Under the pieces are notes generated by a model. The model was given only the letters and a program-made list of their open reading frames with translations. It was not told where the DNA came from and did no database searches. DNA of 64,000 nucleotides from NCBI GenBank assembly GCA_951406725.2, contig OX597833.1, positions 6,448,001 through 6,512,000 of the forward strand, in the 5' to 3' direction. This DNA is from Octopus vulgaris. Taxonomy: Eukaryota. Made by a program: the position numbers and the translations under genes. Below are positions 1-17,159 of this stretch, in pieces; the stretch's first letter is position 1; each line of letters opens with the position of its first letter.

Positions 1-471
1 CAGTTAAGCCCTGGATAGACAGTACATGCAATGGAAGGCCATATGTGTTTCAGTAAGACTCTGCACTATCATACATGGCTCTTGTAACACAGGAATGGAT
101 GGCTGAAACTTTTCATGGTCACATAACCCCTAACATTTGGCCTCGTAATTCTCCAGATCTCAATTCATTGGACTACTACACGTGACACATTGTTGAGAGA
201 GGGGTCAATGAACACACCCAAAACACCAAAGATTCTTTGAAAGCTGCCATAGTCAGAGTAATGTCCAATTCGAGCATGTAGATGATTTAGATCTCATATA
301 GAAGCAGTTGTTGAAGCTGAAGGTGGCTTTATTGAATAACATTATAGAAAAGAAGGTTTATTTTTATCCTCATAAATAATAATTTATCCTAATAAATAAC
401 ATTATTATCTGTTATTATATATCTCTGTTTTTATAAACATAAATCTGTCCTCAAACGTCTTATGTACCCTG
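1..471 (+). mobile_element. Decayed Tc1/mariner DD37D (maT-like) transposon, 3' part
   Basis: Frame from nt 3 reads VKPWIDSTCNGRPYVFQ*DSALSYMALVTQEWMAETFHGHITPNIWPRNSPDLNSLDYY. There are 37 residues between the D of Q*DSA and the D of LDY. In-frame stops are present. Ends ...GTACCCTG|TA, consistent with a TIR end plus TA target. Confidence 0.85.
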
Positions 472-477
472 TATATA

Positions 478-645
<168 letters not shown>

Positions 646-663
646 ATAAAATTAAGCCATCAT

Positions 664-698
664 CCGACGATGGTTTAACTGGCTGAAACTTTGAAGTT
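664..698 (+). ncRNA. Degenerate minimal hammerhead-like motif
   Basis: CCGACGA-T-GGTT..GGCT-GAA-ACTTTGAAGT-T: near-palindromic helix III, wobble-rich helix II, poor helix I; AATAAA ~25 nt downstream. Confidence 0.35.
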
Positions 699-791
699 AC
701 TATCAATATTCTTGTTTACGAATAATAAATTTATACCCTACAAATCTACGACTGTGTATATGCATATACACGCGCGCGCGTGTGTATAAGA

Positions 792-945
792 TGGAGTTCT
801 TTCAGTCTGCATCTACCAAGTCCACTAACAAGGCTTTGGTCGGCCCGAGGTTATAGTGGAAGACGCTTGCCCAAAGTCTCCCGTAGTGGGACTGATCCCG
901 GAACCATGTGGTCGGGAAGCAAGCTTCTTATCACAAAGCTTCGCT
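792..945 (-). mobile_element. SINE family B, 5' half (diverged)
   Basis: Reverse complement aligns by eye to 28110-28262 (ACCACATGGTTCCGGG..TCAGTCCCACT..TTGGGCAAG..TCTTC). Confidence 0.75.
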
Positions 946-1869
946 TGTATTTATGTTTTTAAACACTCCACGTTCATTGGCGGTCCCAAATGAACACCGC
1001 AAAAAGTTTGGTTGTATTTACATTAGGTATGATACACATGTGGCTATTTTGATCTAATACTGTTTCTGTTGCTTATAACGGGTGATTCTTATTGTCACAA
1101 ACCTTGTTAGATTATTACTAACCAAAACGGAACAATTTGAGATGCTCTTAGTTTCTTAAGCCATAAAAATCAAGTTATTTGACTCAATTCGATAGAGATG
1201 CCAGGTAAAGACCACGAGGTTTTTTTCTTTTCCATTTGCTCTATAAATCTGACCACTCAGTGTTGCCGACAAACTGCTACTATAGAGGTTTACTGCTCTA
1301 AAAGTAATATTATACCAATAGTGTACGGCTGATTTTAAGATTAATTATAGGAGCTGTTAATTTACAGCTAATTGGAATTAGAATTTAGAAATTATACTTA
1401 GACAACAATACGGTCGGATTTCATTGTGAAGGAATGGAAGAAGAGAAGAATTTGAAATATGAACAGCAGACAAAATCGGTAAGGAACCGTGTTAGATATT
1501 TGACTGTGTGAGTTGTTCATTCTACCATTTCTGTGTCTTTTATTCGTGTGGAACATTAACCAAAGCGTAATAGGAAGAATATACTCCCAAGTGGACTTTG
1601 GCATCACCACTACTGTTTACTCTGGTCTTCTGGAACAGTAAAATGGCATATAAAAGATGCTATAGAATTCTCTAGAGTCTGGCATCATCAATGGAATTGT
1701 TTAGTTGCCAATAAATGGACATTGTCTGCCGACAGAGAATTCTTGTGGCTTCACATCTGTAAAGGGTTGGAGGTGACGACAGAAATATTTTGGAGAGGTG
1801 TGTGTTTATGTGTGTGGAGAGATAATGGTGATTGTGCGTGTGTGTGTGCTACACGAACGTCTTTGAATG

Positions 1870-1935
<66 letters not shown>

Positions 1936-2088
1936 TGTTGTCTGAGAGAGCGTGTATGCAAATATATGTGTGAGTGCGTCTTTAAATGTACCTGAGTGTG
2001 TATATAACCCTATGTATGTTGGAAGTGTGTAATTGAGTCTTTGGATGTATGTGTGTGTGTGTTTGAAGGTATCTGTACATATATGTGT

Positions 2089-2119
<31 letters not shown>

Positions 2120-2197
2120 CATATGCTCGCATGAGTATATAAATAGTATGCGCGAGTACAGGTGTGTCGTTAAATATATGTCTGTATATGCTTGTAT

Positions 2198-2239
<42 letters not shown>

Positions 2240-2309
2240 ATTGACCTATAACAATATATATCTCCTTGAATGTATCATTGTGTACAGGTGTCTGGGTAAT
2301 GTATATATA

Positions 2310-2363
<54 letters not shown>

Positions 2364-2489
2364 TTGTTAGTTTTCTCACAAAGTGATATCTTTATGGTTT
2401 GTTAGTGTCACGAAATTTCCTCGAAATAGGAAAAGCAGAACACCGTGGCTGTTCTAAATATGACATAGCTAGGTTGTGTGTGTGTGTGC

Positions 2490-3771
<1,282 letters not shown>

Positions 3772-4717
3772 ACTTTGATACTTTGATACTTTGATAGGTT
3801 TCGGCCATTATTGGCCCAGGCCATGTCTAACTTAATAGCACCACCTGGTGAAGTCTTTCAAGTCAGAATTTGGGCACTATGGCCCACTCAAGTAGAGAGT
3901 TATTGTTTACAGAGACATATCCGGGTGTAGGGGGTTTATCCGGGATTTCTTGAAGGAATCTGTCCAAAGACTTCTTGAACCCTATAGGGTCAGTTTCTGT
4001 TTTAATGTGTTTTGGTGTAATGTTAAAGAGAGCGGGGCCAATTGAGGTGAAATAATTGTGCCGTATTGTTGTTATGAGATGAGAGTGCGATTTTTGTTTT
4101 GGGCGGATGGCACGGGGCCCAAGCCTTGGATGTACCTTAAAGGTGATGCCAACATCATTTGGGCAATGCTGATGGAATATTTTCCACATCATGCAGATGA
4201 TGTAGCGCTCACGACGACGTTGGAGAGAATAGAGTTTTAGCTTTTCTAGTCGACCCCAATAGTCGAGGCCTGTCATGCCATCTATCTTTTTTGTGATTGC
4301 CCTTTGAGGTGCTTCGACTTTTATGATACCTTGTATTGTGTGGGGAGACCCACAGTGGACAACAGTATTCAAGGTGGGGTCGGGCAAAAGTGGAGAAGAG
4401 AAGGATAATGGTGTGGATATCTCTCGACTGGAAAGTTCTGAGAATCCAGGAACACATTCTGCGGGCCATGTCAACTTTGGTGTTTATATGAGTGGCCCAG
4501 CTTACGTTGTTGTCCACAATTACTCCCAAGTCTCTGATGTTGTTGGACGCCGCGAGGAGTTTCACCTGAAGGAAGGGAGTATGGGAGTTTCAGGGCATCC
4601 TCTTTTCCAAAGTGGATTAGCTCAAATTTATCCTCGTTCAGCAGCATATTGTTTTTTTTCTGCCCATTGGATAACAGCCAGTAGATCTGACTGAAGGCAT
4701 GTCCGGTCACTCGCCTC
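3772..4717 (-). mobile_element. 5'-truncated CR1-type LINE (ORF2 RT C-terminus + 3' UTR), frameshifted
   Basis: Minus frames give [47 protein letters not shown](C)PLW, LDYWGRLEKLKLYSLQRRRERY and FKKSLDRFLQEIPDKP. The 3' end is an 8-bp repeat (ATCAAAGT)x3 running into (TA)n. Confidence 0.92.
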
Positions 4718-7524
<2,807 letters not shown>

Positions 7525-8155
7525 ACTTTGATACTTTGATACTTTGATAGGTTTCGGCCATTATTGGCCCAGGCCATGTCTAACTTAATAGCACCACCTG
7601 GTGAAGTCTTTCAAAGTCAAAATTTGGGCACTATGGCCCACTCAAGTAGAGTTATTGTTTACAGAGACATATCCGGGTGTAGGGGGTTTATCCGGGATTT
7701 CTTGAAGGAATCTGTCCAAAGACTTCTTGAACCCTATAGGGTCAGTTTCTGTTTTTTTAATGTGTTTTGGTGTAATGTTAAAGAGAGCGGGGCCAATTGA
7801 GGTGAAATAATTGTGCCGTATTGTTGTTATGAGATGAGAGTGCGATTTTGTTTTGGGCGGATGGCACGGGGCCCAAGCCTTGGATGTACCTTAAAGGTGA
7901 TGCCAACATCATTTGGGCAATGCTGATGGAATATTTTCCACATCATGCAGATGATGTAGCGCTCACGACGACGTTGGAGAGAATAGAGTTTTAGCTTTTC
8001 TAGTCGACCCCAATAGTCGAGGCCTGTCATGCCATCTATCTTTTTTGTGATTGCCCTTTGAGGTGCTTCGACTTTTATGATACCTTGTATTGTGTGGGGA
8101 GACCACAGTGGACAACAGTATTCAGAGGTGGGGTCGGGCAAAAGTGGAGAAGAGC
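7525..8155 (-). mobile_element. Second, shorter near-identical copy of the CR1-type LINE 3' end
   Basis: Matches 3772-4400 apart from small indels; same (ATCAAAGT)n tail. Confidence 0.9.
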
Positions 8156-8651
8156 CATGTGATAATTGATATCAATCTCATATATATATACCATATATAT
8201 CGTATTTACATACATAGTATAGTCATGTTTACATATATATATATATATATATACATATATATATACTTTTGATATTTGAAAATATATATATTCTTTCTTG
8301 GGAGTTAAAGAAGTGTATATATATATATATATAAATGTTCTCTCTTAAGGGTGTGAGTTTTTGATTATTTGGTTGTTTGAGGATATTAAAAGAAAAACAG
8401 TTGTATATAACAATTTGTAGTTAAATGAAAACGTACTTACGGGTTTGTAGGCAAACACGTGGTTACAAATATATATATATATTATATATAGTATATGTGT
8501 AGCTTGCTACTGACTTGGGAGAGAAACAAATAGACGTCCGTCCACTATCATATAGTGTATATCCATATATATATGTATATATATATATATGTACATATAT
8601 ATATATATGTATATATGGATATATATATGCTATTATATATATATATATATT

Positions 8652-8749
<98 letters not shown>

Positions 8750-8925
8750 ATGTATGTATGTATGTGTGTATGTATGTGTGTGTATGTGTGTATGTATGTA
8801 TGTATGTATGTATGTGTGTGTATGTATATGTATATATATGTGTATGTGTGCTGTATGTATGTGTGTGTGTGTGTGTGTGTGTATGTGTGTGTGTATGTGT
8901 GATGTGTGTATGTGTATGTGTGTGT

Positions 8926-8958
<33 letters not shown>

Positions 8959-9006
8959 ATGTGTGTGTGTGACACACAAAATAGTATATATATATATATA
9001 TATATC

Positions 9007-9098
<92 letters not shown>

Positions 9099-9315
9099 CA
9101 GAGAAGTTAGGTAAGCTATTTTAAGGTGCGGACACTTGGAGTAGATATATTACTATATATACGTGTTTTATTAAATTTCTCTCTTTCTGTTCTCTATGCA
9201 GAGAGGTTTTATTTATATTAACAGTTTATATATATTTATACATATACAACAACACAATACATATTATATTATTTATTCTTATAAATGTTTAAATAAACGT
9301 GCGAAATATGGATAG

Positions 9316-9362
<47 letters not shown>

Positions 9363-9366
<4 letters not shown>

Positions 9367-9530
9367 CTTTACTACCCTAGGGGCTAAACATAGAGGGGAC
9401 AAACAAGAACAGACAAAGAGATTAAGTCATTTACATCGACCCAGTGTGAAACTGGTACTTTATATATCGACCCTAGAGATGAAAAAAGTCGACCTCGGCG
9501 GAATTTGAACTCAGAACGTAACGACAGACA
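9363..9530 (-). mobile_element. SINE family A, 5'-truncated
   Basis: Matches the 23224-23400 part of the full copy (GGGGACAAACAAG...AAAGTCGACCTCGGCGGAATTTGAACTC). Confidence 0.85.
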
Positions 9531-9550
9531 ATTTCTTATTAACGTCCCTT

Positions 9551-9650
9551 NNNNNNNNNNNNNNNNNNNNNNNNNNNNNNNNNNNNNNNNNNNNNNNNNN
9601 NNNNNNNNNNNNNNNNNNNNNNNNNNNNNNNNNNNNNNNNNNNNNNNNNN
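9551..9650. other. Assembly gap (100 N)
   Basis: Run of N. Confidence 1.
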
Positions 9651-9987
9651 AGGGGGGAGTGAGTGTGTATGTGTATATGTGTACGTATGTACGAGTGCGT
9701 GTGTACGAGAAAAAAGTGTGTGTGTATGTTGATAGATTTATGTATGTAAATAGCAAATATCGATATCCATATTTGACTCACAATCCAAATTTAAAGATAA
9801 AATATTCAGCCAAGCACAGCAACATCTCGTTTAGCTTTTATTAACGTGAGTTGAAGTTTTATCGAACAGACAGTGTCCCAACATGGCCGAAAATCGGGTC
9901 GGAACTAGCAAAAAAAAAAAAGAAAGAAAAAAGAAAAAGGAAAAAGAAAAAGATTATAGCACACGTCATGTGACGTATCACTAACAC

Positions 9988-10003
9988 CAGCGCCATCTAG
10001 TGG
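9988..10003 (-). promoter_or_regulatory. CTCF-binding motif
   Basis: Minus strand CCACTAGATGGCGCTG fits the CCASYAGRKGGCRS core; binding is untested. Confidence 0.55.
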
Positions 10004-10219
10004 AAACTTTAGACATCTCATCCGAGACCTGTAGCATCCTTCAAAAGCAACATCGAAAATGTTTCATAATGGAAGAAACTGCGGTCAACTTCAAGGAATA
10101 CAAAGATGACACCATCACTAGAAGAGGACATTCTCAATAACTTTATAGCTCTTCACCCGGAATAAACCAACGCTGAGGTAGGGGCTGTCGTATATATGTA
10201 TTAAGGGAAAGTCAAAGTA

Positions 10220-10395
10220 TATATACATTTTTTCTCTCTCCTTGTTTCATTGTGTCCCTTTCTGTAGAAGAGCGTTGGCTCGAAACGTAAAATACTTTTT
10301 CAATTCCTGAGCGTTATACTAATACATCTGTTTGTTTTCTACACCACCTGTCTTCGTCTTTTGTTTTTTTCGCGAATTCTCCCCCTATATATATA
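10220..10395 (+). mobile_element. PLE-like 3' module with minimal HHR variant (10259-10292)
   Basis: TTT-CTGTAGA-A-GAGC-GTTG-GCTC-GAA-ACGT-A-AAA; followed by a T-rich tail into (TA)n; shares CCTGAGCG with the 41535 module. Confidence 0.65.
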
Positions 10396-10605
10396 CATTA
10401 GCAATGAGACCCTAGATCTGTGAGATTCAGAGACAAAATAATGCTTCAGGGCTCATAATATTTAATTACTGCAAGGCATTCACAGCATACCCAGACCTCT
10501 CGCATTAAACAGTCAAACGCGTAGAGGATGCAGCTTTGTAGCCCCAGCCATCTGAAGCTATAAGAAGCTGTTTTTTTCTCTCTGGGATTCGTCAAGTGAA
10601 GTAGA

Positions 10606-10668
10606 CACACCTGATGAAACCCCAATAAGGCTCGAAAATCCATTAACACTGTTCATGGATTAAGGTGG
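10606..10668 (+). ncRNA. Type-I hammerhead-like motif with long helix III (degenerate helices I/II)
   Basis: CTGATGA 10611-17; GAAA 10634-37; helix III AATCCAT/ATGGATT; UUA triplet 10660-62; imperfect CACAC/AGGTG helix I. Confidence 0.55.
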
Positions 10669-10899
10669 AACCAGTGAGATCCCCTGTGCAACAGCTCAGC
10701 GTGCCAATACCTTAAGATAGCACAGCTCAATATATGCTTAAGAGACAGTTTTTTTTCACTAGAAACCTCACCACAAATTCCGCCTCGACTGCGCAAAACT
10801 TCTGAAGTCTGTATAAATGTTAAACATTAGAAATTCTGATAACAACTCATAGTGATTAAACAGACGTAACATTGCAAAACGTGCACAGCAGAGACTGGG

Positions 10900-11000
10900 A
10901 TTACACTTGAGATCTATGATAAAGTGATGACTCTGGAAACAGAAGGAAAAATGTGGTCCATATCACAGAATTGTTCACATATCTAGGACAGTGCTTTTAA
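10900..11000 (+). mobile_element. Highly decayed non-LTR RT fragment
   Basis: VHITELFTYLGQ resembles the F(T/K)YLG motif of non-LTR RTs; no other motifs found. Confidence 0.3.
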
Positions 11001-11631
11001 TGTTATTACAGATACAGCGTCCTGGAGAGATAAATCCAATAAGGCCAATCATTTCACTTTAGGAGGCGGACAAACAAAGAGATAGATAGCTACACTGCCA
11101 AGAAGTTTCCACACACACATACATACACACACATTATGTCTTCTCTGCTACATCAGCAGCCACTGACCCTCTGAATCATTCAGCGGCCACTGCTCCTCTG
11201 TAACCACTGGCCCACAAACACACTGTGCCATCTCTGTCCTTTTTTATACCCCTACTTCAACGGCCTCTGCTCCTCTGAAGTACTAAATTGTTATCCTCTC
11301 CACCAGGTCAACCCATCTTACTCACTCCACCCCTCATCATCCCTATTGTTTCTCTCTCCCTCTCTCTCTTTCCCAAGCCTCAAACTCTTACAAACCATAT
11401 TAACCCAATCGTTCTTTCTCATAAGCGAAACCTTCCAGAATCATCTTTCACTACCTACATTCAGCAGATTAACAAATAAATGGTCATCGTCGAAGCCGAC
11501 GGAGGATTCATCATCCATGACGTAAACGTGGATGTCAAATACATATTTGCATATCATAACACTTACATACAAACACACATACGCATTTATGTGTGTGTAT
11601 ATATGCCTTTATACGTCAGTAAACTTGCAGA

Positions 11632-11675
<44 letters not shown>

Positions 11676-12015
11676 ATACAATATGTTACATTACTCGGTA
11701 GTCAAGATAAAACTCTGAGTTTCAGATGCCGAAGTGGAAATCCACAACACCATATCTTCGGTTATCTGGCTATTTGAAAACGTTATGAAAAAATACCGTT
11801 AAAAATGAAGGGAAATTACTCTGTTATAACTCTGCTTTGCCTGCGTACTTATACATCGCTCGCATTTTTCGTCATAAAAATTATATAAAAATACATAAAA
11901 ATATATAAAAATATATAAAAATATATAAAATCTTCTTGGGACATAACACAGAAAGCATCCTCTATTTACATAATATTGAGGTCTCTTTCTTTCTTTTGTT
12001 ATCTTACCGTTTTAT

Positions 12016-12050
<35 letters not shown>

Positions 12051-12121
12051 CACACATATATACAACCGTACGTGTATGTATGTATGTATGTATGTATGTA
12101 TGTATGTATGTATGTATGTAG

Positions 12122-12417
12122 TGGAGGCTCATGGCCTAGTGGTTAGAGCAGCGGACTCGCGGTCGAGGGATCGCGGGTTCGAATCTCAGACCTGGTGATG
12201 TGTGTGTTTATGAGCGAAACACCTAAGCTCCACGGCAGAAGGTAATGGCGAACTTCTGCTGACTCTTTCGCCACAACTTTCTCTCCCTCTTTCCTCCTGC
12301 ATCTTGCAGCTCACCTGCGACGGACCGGCGTCCCGTCCAGGTGGGGAACCTATACACCAAGGAAACCGGGAAACCGGCCCTTATGAGCCAGGCGTGGCTC
12401 GAGAAGGAACAAACAAT
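12122..12417 (+). mobile_element. tRNA-derived SINE family C1, inserted in (TATG)n
   Basis: A box TGGCCTAGTGG, B box GGTTCGAATC; head shared with 34998-35293; (TATG)n on both sides. Confidence 0.85.
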
Positions 12418-12444
12418 GTATGTATGTACACACACGTATAATCT

Positions 12445-12765
12445 TTCTTTCAGCCTCTTCACTTGCTTCCGTCAATGGAATGCGGCCACGCTGGGGCACC
12501 GCCTCGAAGGGTCTTTAGTCGAACAGACCGCATCCAGTACTTATGTTTTAAATATGGTACATATGCCATCGGCTTCTTCTACAGAACCTTTATATTATGG
12601 GGACATAAACAAACCTACACCGGTTGTCAAGCAACGGGTGGGGGGCAATGATAGGCACAAAGACACACACACACACATAACCACCCCACGTATACATTTG
12701 TAGACAACGGGCTTCCACACAGTTATCGTCAAGCAAATTAACTCACAAGGCATTGAGCAGGCGTT
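12445..12765 (-). mobile_element. SINE family B, diverged 3' two-thirds
   Basis: TGCGGCCACGCTGGGGCACCGCC...GGACATAAACAAACCTACACCGGTTGTCAAGC matches the reverse complement of 28230-28500. Confidence 0.7.
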
Positions 12766-12845
12766 GGCTTTTGTAACACGACAGAGAATCAAAGAATGAG
12801 TGTGTAGATACTCATTTATATCTACTCATAGATGAGTAGATACTC

Positions 12846-12909
<64 letters not shown>

Positions 12910-13032
12910 TAGATACTCAATGTTTTTGAAAATGCTCTGTAAATGTTAGTTAAATTTCCATCAATAATTATATACACTCAAATATGTACGAGTTTGTATA
13001 AATATAAACACAGCCTTTGAATATCTATCTAT

Positions 13033-13109
<77 letters not shown>

Positions 13110-14043
13110 TGTATGTATGTATGTGTGTGTGTATGTGTGTGTGTGTATGTATGTATATATGTGTGTATGTCTGAATATGCGCATGTATGTATGTTTGTAT
13201 ATGTATGTGTGACTGTAGAAAAGAGTAATGAGCTAAAAATGCTGGGATGACGAAGCGTTGGATAAATAGTCTGGTGATGTTCATATAAAAATAATCCGGT
13301 TGCTATGAAACCACGATGGCATAATCATTACAGAATTTCATTGGTAAATTGTGTGAAGACCAATGCCAGAACTATCCAAAAGTTTCAGGAATATTTGGTC
13401 TTGGGAAACCAAAGAAGCGAGGGCTAAGTCCGATGCGGCTTTTTATTTTCTTTGCTTTAATTTTCTTTTTTTGTAATATGCCCTTACTCTAACAAATACC
13501 CTGCTCTACTCCTGGGACTCATGGGTTTCACTGGACAACGAGAATCTTCATAAGATAAAGCACTGGAGTATACCACTACGATGGCGTCAGAATCAGAATT
13601 CTCTCTAAGCCGGGTGCTTGTGCACACAGGGCTCTTGAAATGAAATCGATTTTTTTTTCATAAATTGAAGGAATTTCGGCAATGGCTATAAAAAAAAAAT
13701 TCCAAGATGAAATCGAATTTTTTTAAAAATTGAATTTATTTAGTGATGATTACTCGCATGGATGCACACATATTTGGCAAAAGAAGACAAAATTTGCGCA
13801 CAATGCCAGTCTGTGTGTACAACCATCTTAAAACAATTAGAAGGTGTTTTAGTTCTGATCGTTTTCTGTCTTTGGTAAATAATCACATTAAAAATTACAT
13901 TAAAAGACAAAAAAGGGACCACGACGATTTGATGTGAACAAAATTATCAATAAAGATTTGGTTCGCAAGAATGAGGGGTGGGGTTGCTTCGCATCTCTTT
14001 GCTGTAGCTTGAGGCAGATGACTTGGATAATGTGTGTGTGTGT

Positions 14044-14112
<69 letters not shown>

Positions 14113-14220
14113 CAACGGATTAACAGAAGAAACGGCGACTTTAGAAGTTGGAAAACAATCAGTTTAGGCCACGGGCTCGGGGACAGGGGGTGCAGGGGGA
14201 TGCGCTTACATTTAAAAAAT

Positions 14221-14820
14221 TCTTTTACTCTTTTACTTGTTTCAGTCATTTTACTGCAGCCATTCTGGAGCACCGCTTTTAGTCGAACAAATTAACCCCA
14301 GGACATATTTTTTGTAAGCCTCGCTAATTTACGGAGATGTAAACACACCAACATCGGTTGTCAAGCGATAGTGAGGTGACAAAGAAATACATTTATATGT
14401 ATATATATATAGTTGTTTACAAGGTGAGCAAAAGGTGTGTATATATAACAAGTAGAAAAAATATATTTTATTCAACGCATAGATACTGAACAGTATATAT
14501 ACAAAAGATAAAACCTTTTTTCCCCTTTTAAAGCAGAAAAACTTGTCGGCAGCCATCCCGATGCGTTGAATAAAATCTATCTTTCTACCCGTTCTCCAAT
14601 ACATTTCAACGCTTCGAAAACAAACTTGCTTGTTTACATACGGCGTAATATATATTTATATATGACGGGCTTCCTTCTATTTCCGTCTACCATATCAGAA
14701 GGCTTTGGTCGGCTTGGGGCTTTAGTAGAAGACACCTGCCCAAGGTACCATGCAGCGGGACTAAAACCCGAAACCATCCGGTTGGGAAGCAAGCTTCTTA
14801 CAACACAGCCACTCCTGCAC
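14221..14820 (-). mobile_element. SINE family B copy interrupted by ~250 bp of other sequence in its internal microsatellite
   Basis: 3' half at 14221-14410 (TTTTACTCTTTTACTTGTTTCAGTCATT) and 5' half at 14655-14820 (..CACAGCCACTCCTGCAC). Confidence 0.7.
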
Positions 14821-15989
14821 ATTCCCTAAATTATTTTTGAGGTGGGGGTAATTAGAATGTTTTGAACATCTTGGGTTGGACCTGGGTTCTCACCCACCTT
14901 AAGCACATTTCGTCCCTGCACTTATGCTGTCGGCCTGTTCGAAATCGGATCCAGAATCAAGTTACCATGGAAGATTCTTTCTTTTCTGTTAGGCCGGAGT
15001 CTTTGACCCACGTCAAAATGTGTCTTTGTTGTGTCTTTCCTTTAGGTATGTCCATGGTCATTGCTCTGAAGAGCTTTCTGGTAGAGTACCCTCTGTCAAA
15101 ACTTTTAAACCTGTCACCCTCTTCCCGTGAGGTATGTCTGTCTATTAAAACAGCTTCTTTCCCCGAACTAATCATTGGAACTCATCGCCATCGCCTTGTT
15201 TTTCTCTGATCTTTGATATTCACTCTTTTAAGCTTCATGTCAATCGATATCTGTGGAATTTGTAGGCCCCTTCTTTTCCTTCTTTGAAGTCCCTTCCTCT
15301 ACAGTAGGGCCCAAGACTTATTTGAGGCAATATCGTTGATATCTTAGATATAGAGACTGTTTGTACGTAAAGTGGAATTTTCAGGAACAGAAATATAGCA
15401 CAAAGCAGAAGATATTTTCAGACCAAAACATTTCACAAACAAGAAGAAATGAGAAACAGAACACATACCAAAATTCTACAGGACAGAAGGTAACGAATAG
15501 AAGCTAACTTCAAGAAAAATATTAGATGGTTATCATGTTATTCGGTGAAATGGAGGCGGGAAACATAAACACGTACCAGAAAAGATAAAGAGAGGGTACC
15601 ATACATACAGATATAGATGAGTCACCTTAATATTGGAAAAAATATTTTAAAGAGCATTTTAGCAGTAAATTTCCACAAAACCCGGAGGGAATGTCAAGAA
15701 TACTGGATTGTCCATCTGTTGCAACTCTAAGATAACATGAGGCTACCATACATACACATGTTGATGAGGTAGCTCAATGTTAGATCTTGCTGAGATAAAT
15801 TTAACATTTAATACCCGCACAATTCGGAAGTAATGTTAGGTATGCCGGATTATTTGTCTGATGTGTACCCTCATGCAAAGAAATAACAAAATGAAAGCAA
15901 TGACCACATGCAAAGCCGTCGGTAGAGATGCCATCGGTGTTGAAATTCCAAAAGCATGAAGAGGCCACAATGTTAATATGTTTCACTTG

Positions 15990-16400
15990 ATATTTTATTT
16001 ATTTTATTTTTTATTTTATCTAGTTTCAGCTCATGAGCTGTGGCCATGCTGGGGCACCGCCATTTGGTGTTGCTACATGATTTTACTTCACGAATGCTTT
16101 TTAGCAATTGCCATTTGGTGCATGAGAGAGTTCGATGCAGCTGCCCTCATCTGCGCCTCCTGCTGTAAAGTTGGTTCATCTGGGACACCTGACAGGAAGA
16201 GGTCCAGATTTATTTTAAAGACATCTGCATCCACTCCATGCAGGTCTCTCAAGTTCTTCGGGAGGATATTGAAGAGCTGTGGCCCCCTGAAGCCCAGGCT
16301 ATCACAGTATCTTGTCCTACATCTTGATGGCAAATTTGGAGTCCTTGGCACTATGCAGTGGCGCCCTGTTCTAGCATTTGTGTAACTCTCGATGCCAAAG
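15990..16400 (-). mobile_element. 5'-truncated CR1-type LINE 3' end (second family)
   Basis: NFGIESYTNARTGRHCIVP...FRGPQLFNILPKNLRDL...FKINLDLFLSGVPDEPT...AAASNSL* is homologous to the C-terminus of the 3772 LINE; short 3' UTR and (TAAAA)n tail. Confidence 0.88.
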
Positions 16401-16851
16401 TTTATGATAGTCAACATAATGTGCGGAAAAAAAAGAAAAACTCCAAACGACTGGATCCATATACTGGTAACAGGAATACATATAAAAAAAGGGGCAAGCA
16501 AAATACTCAACCATTTCAGGGCGAATTATTTGGGACAACTGGGAAAGTTGACAGACAACGCAGTGACTTCAAATCAAACAAGCGAAGTAGTTTGCTTTCG
16601 TCATGTGTCACAGAAGTAAATAGATGATACCAGCTTTGTACGGCGGTCGCTTCTTCACCTTTCTCCAACCAATCCTCACCTCCTACTCCTCTTCCCCTCT
16701 TTTACCTCTCTCTGTTTTCTCTCTTTCCCTGTCCTCTCCTTCTCTCCCTCTCTTTTCCTTTCTCTCTCTATAAAATGGGTCCACCAGGCTTACCTCGTCT
16801 GGACACATCATGTCCCGACAATACACGTCTCCAACAGAATCTGAAGAGACA

Positions 16852-16896
<45 letters not shown>

Positions 16897-17106
16897 TAAA
16901 CGATCTGGTTCATGAGAATAGGTTTATCGGAATGACTGATTCTGATGAAGAAAAGTGAAGAGAGACAATTTCATTATTTAATCAATTAAAATTAATTAGC
17001 TACCGGAACTAAATCTGAACTATGGGAAACAACTCATAACACTTTCCGGCCTCGGTAGTCCTCATCAGAGAAGCTTATTTCGACCATAATTAATATTTCT
17101 TAAATA

Positions 17107-17159
<53 letters not shown>

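Noticed and set aside
14830-15800. Possible RTE-like (minus) and PLE-like (plus) protein remnants
   Set aside because: Only vague motif resemblance (LTWVKDSGL; NIGK..F); too decayed to support without a profile search.
17030-17075. Minus-strand CTGATGA-GGAC..GGCC-GGAAA hammerhead-like string
   Set aside because: Helices I and III cannot be formed convincingly; at best a very decayed copy.
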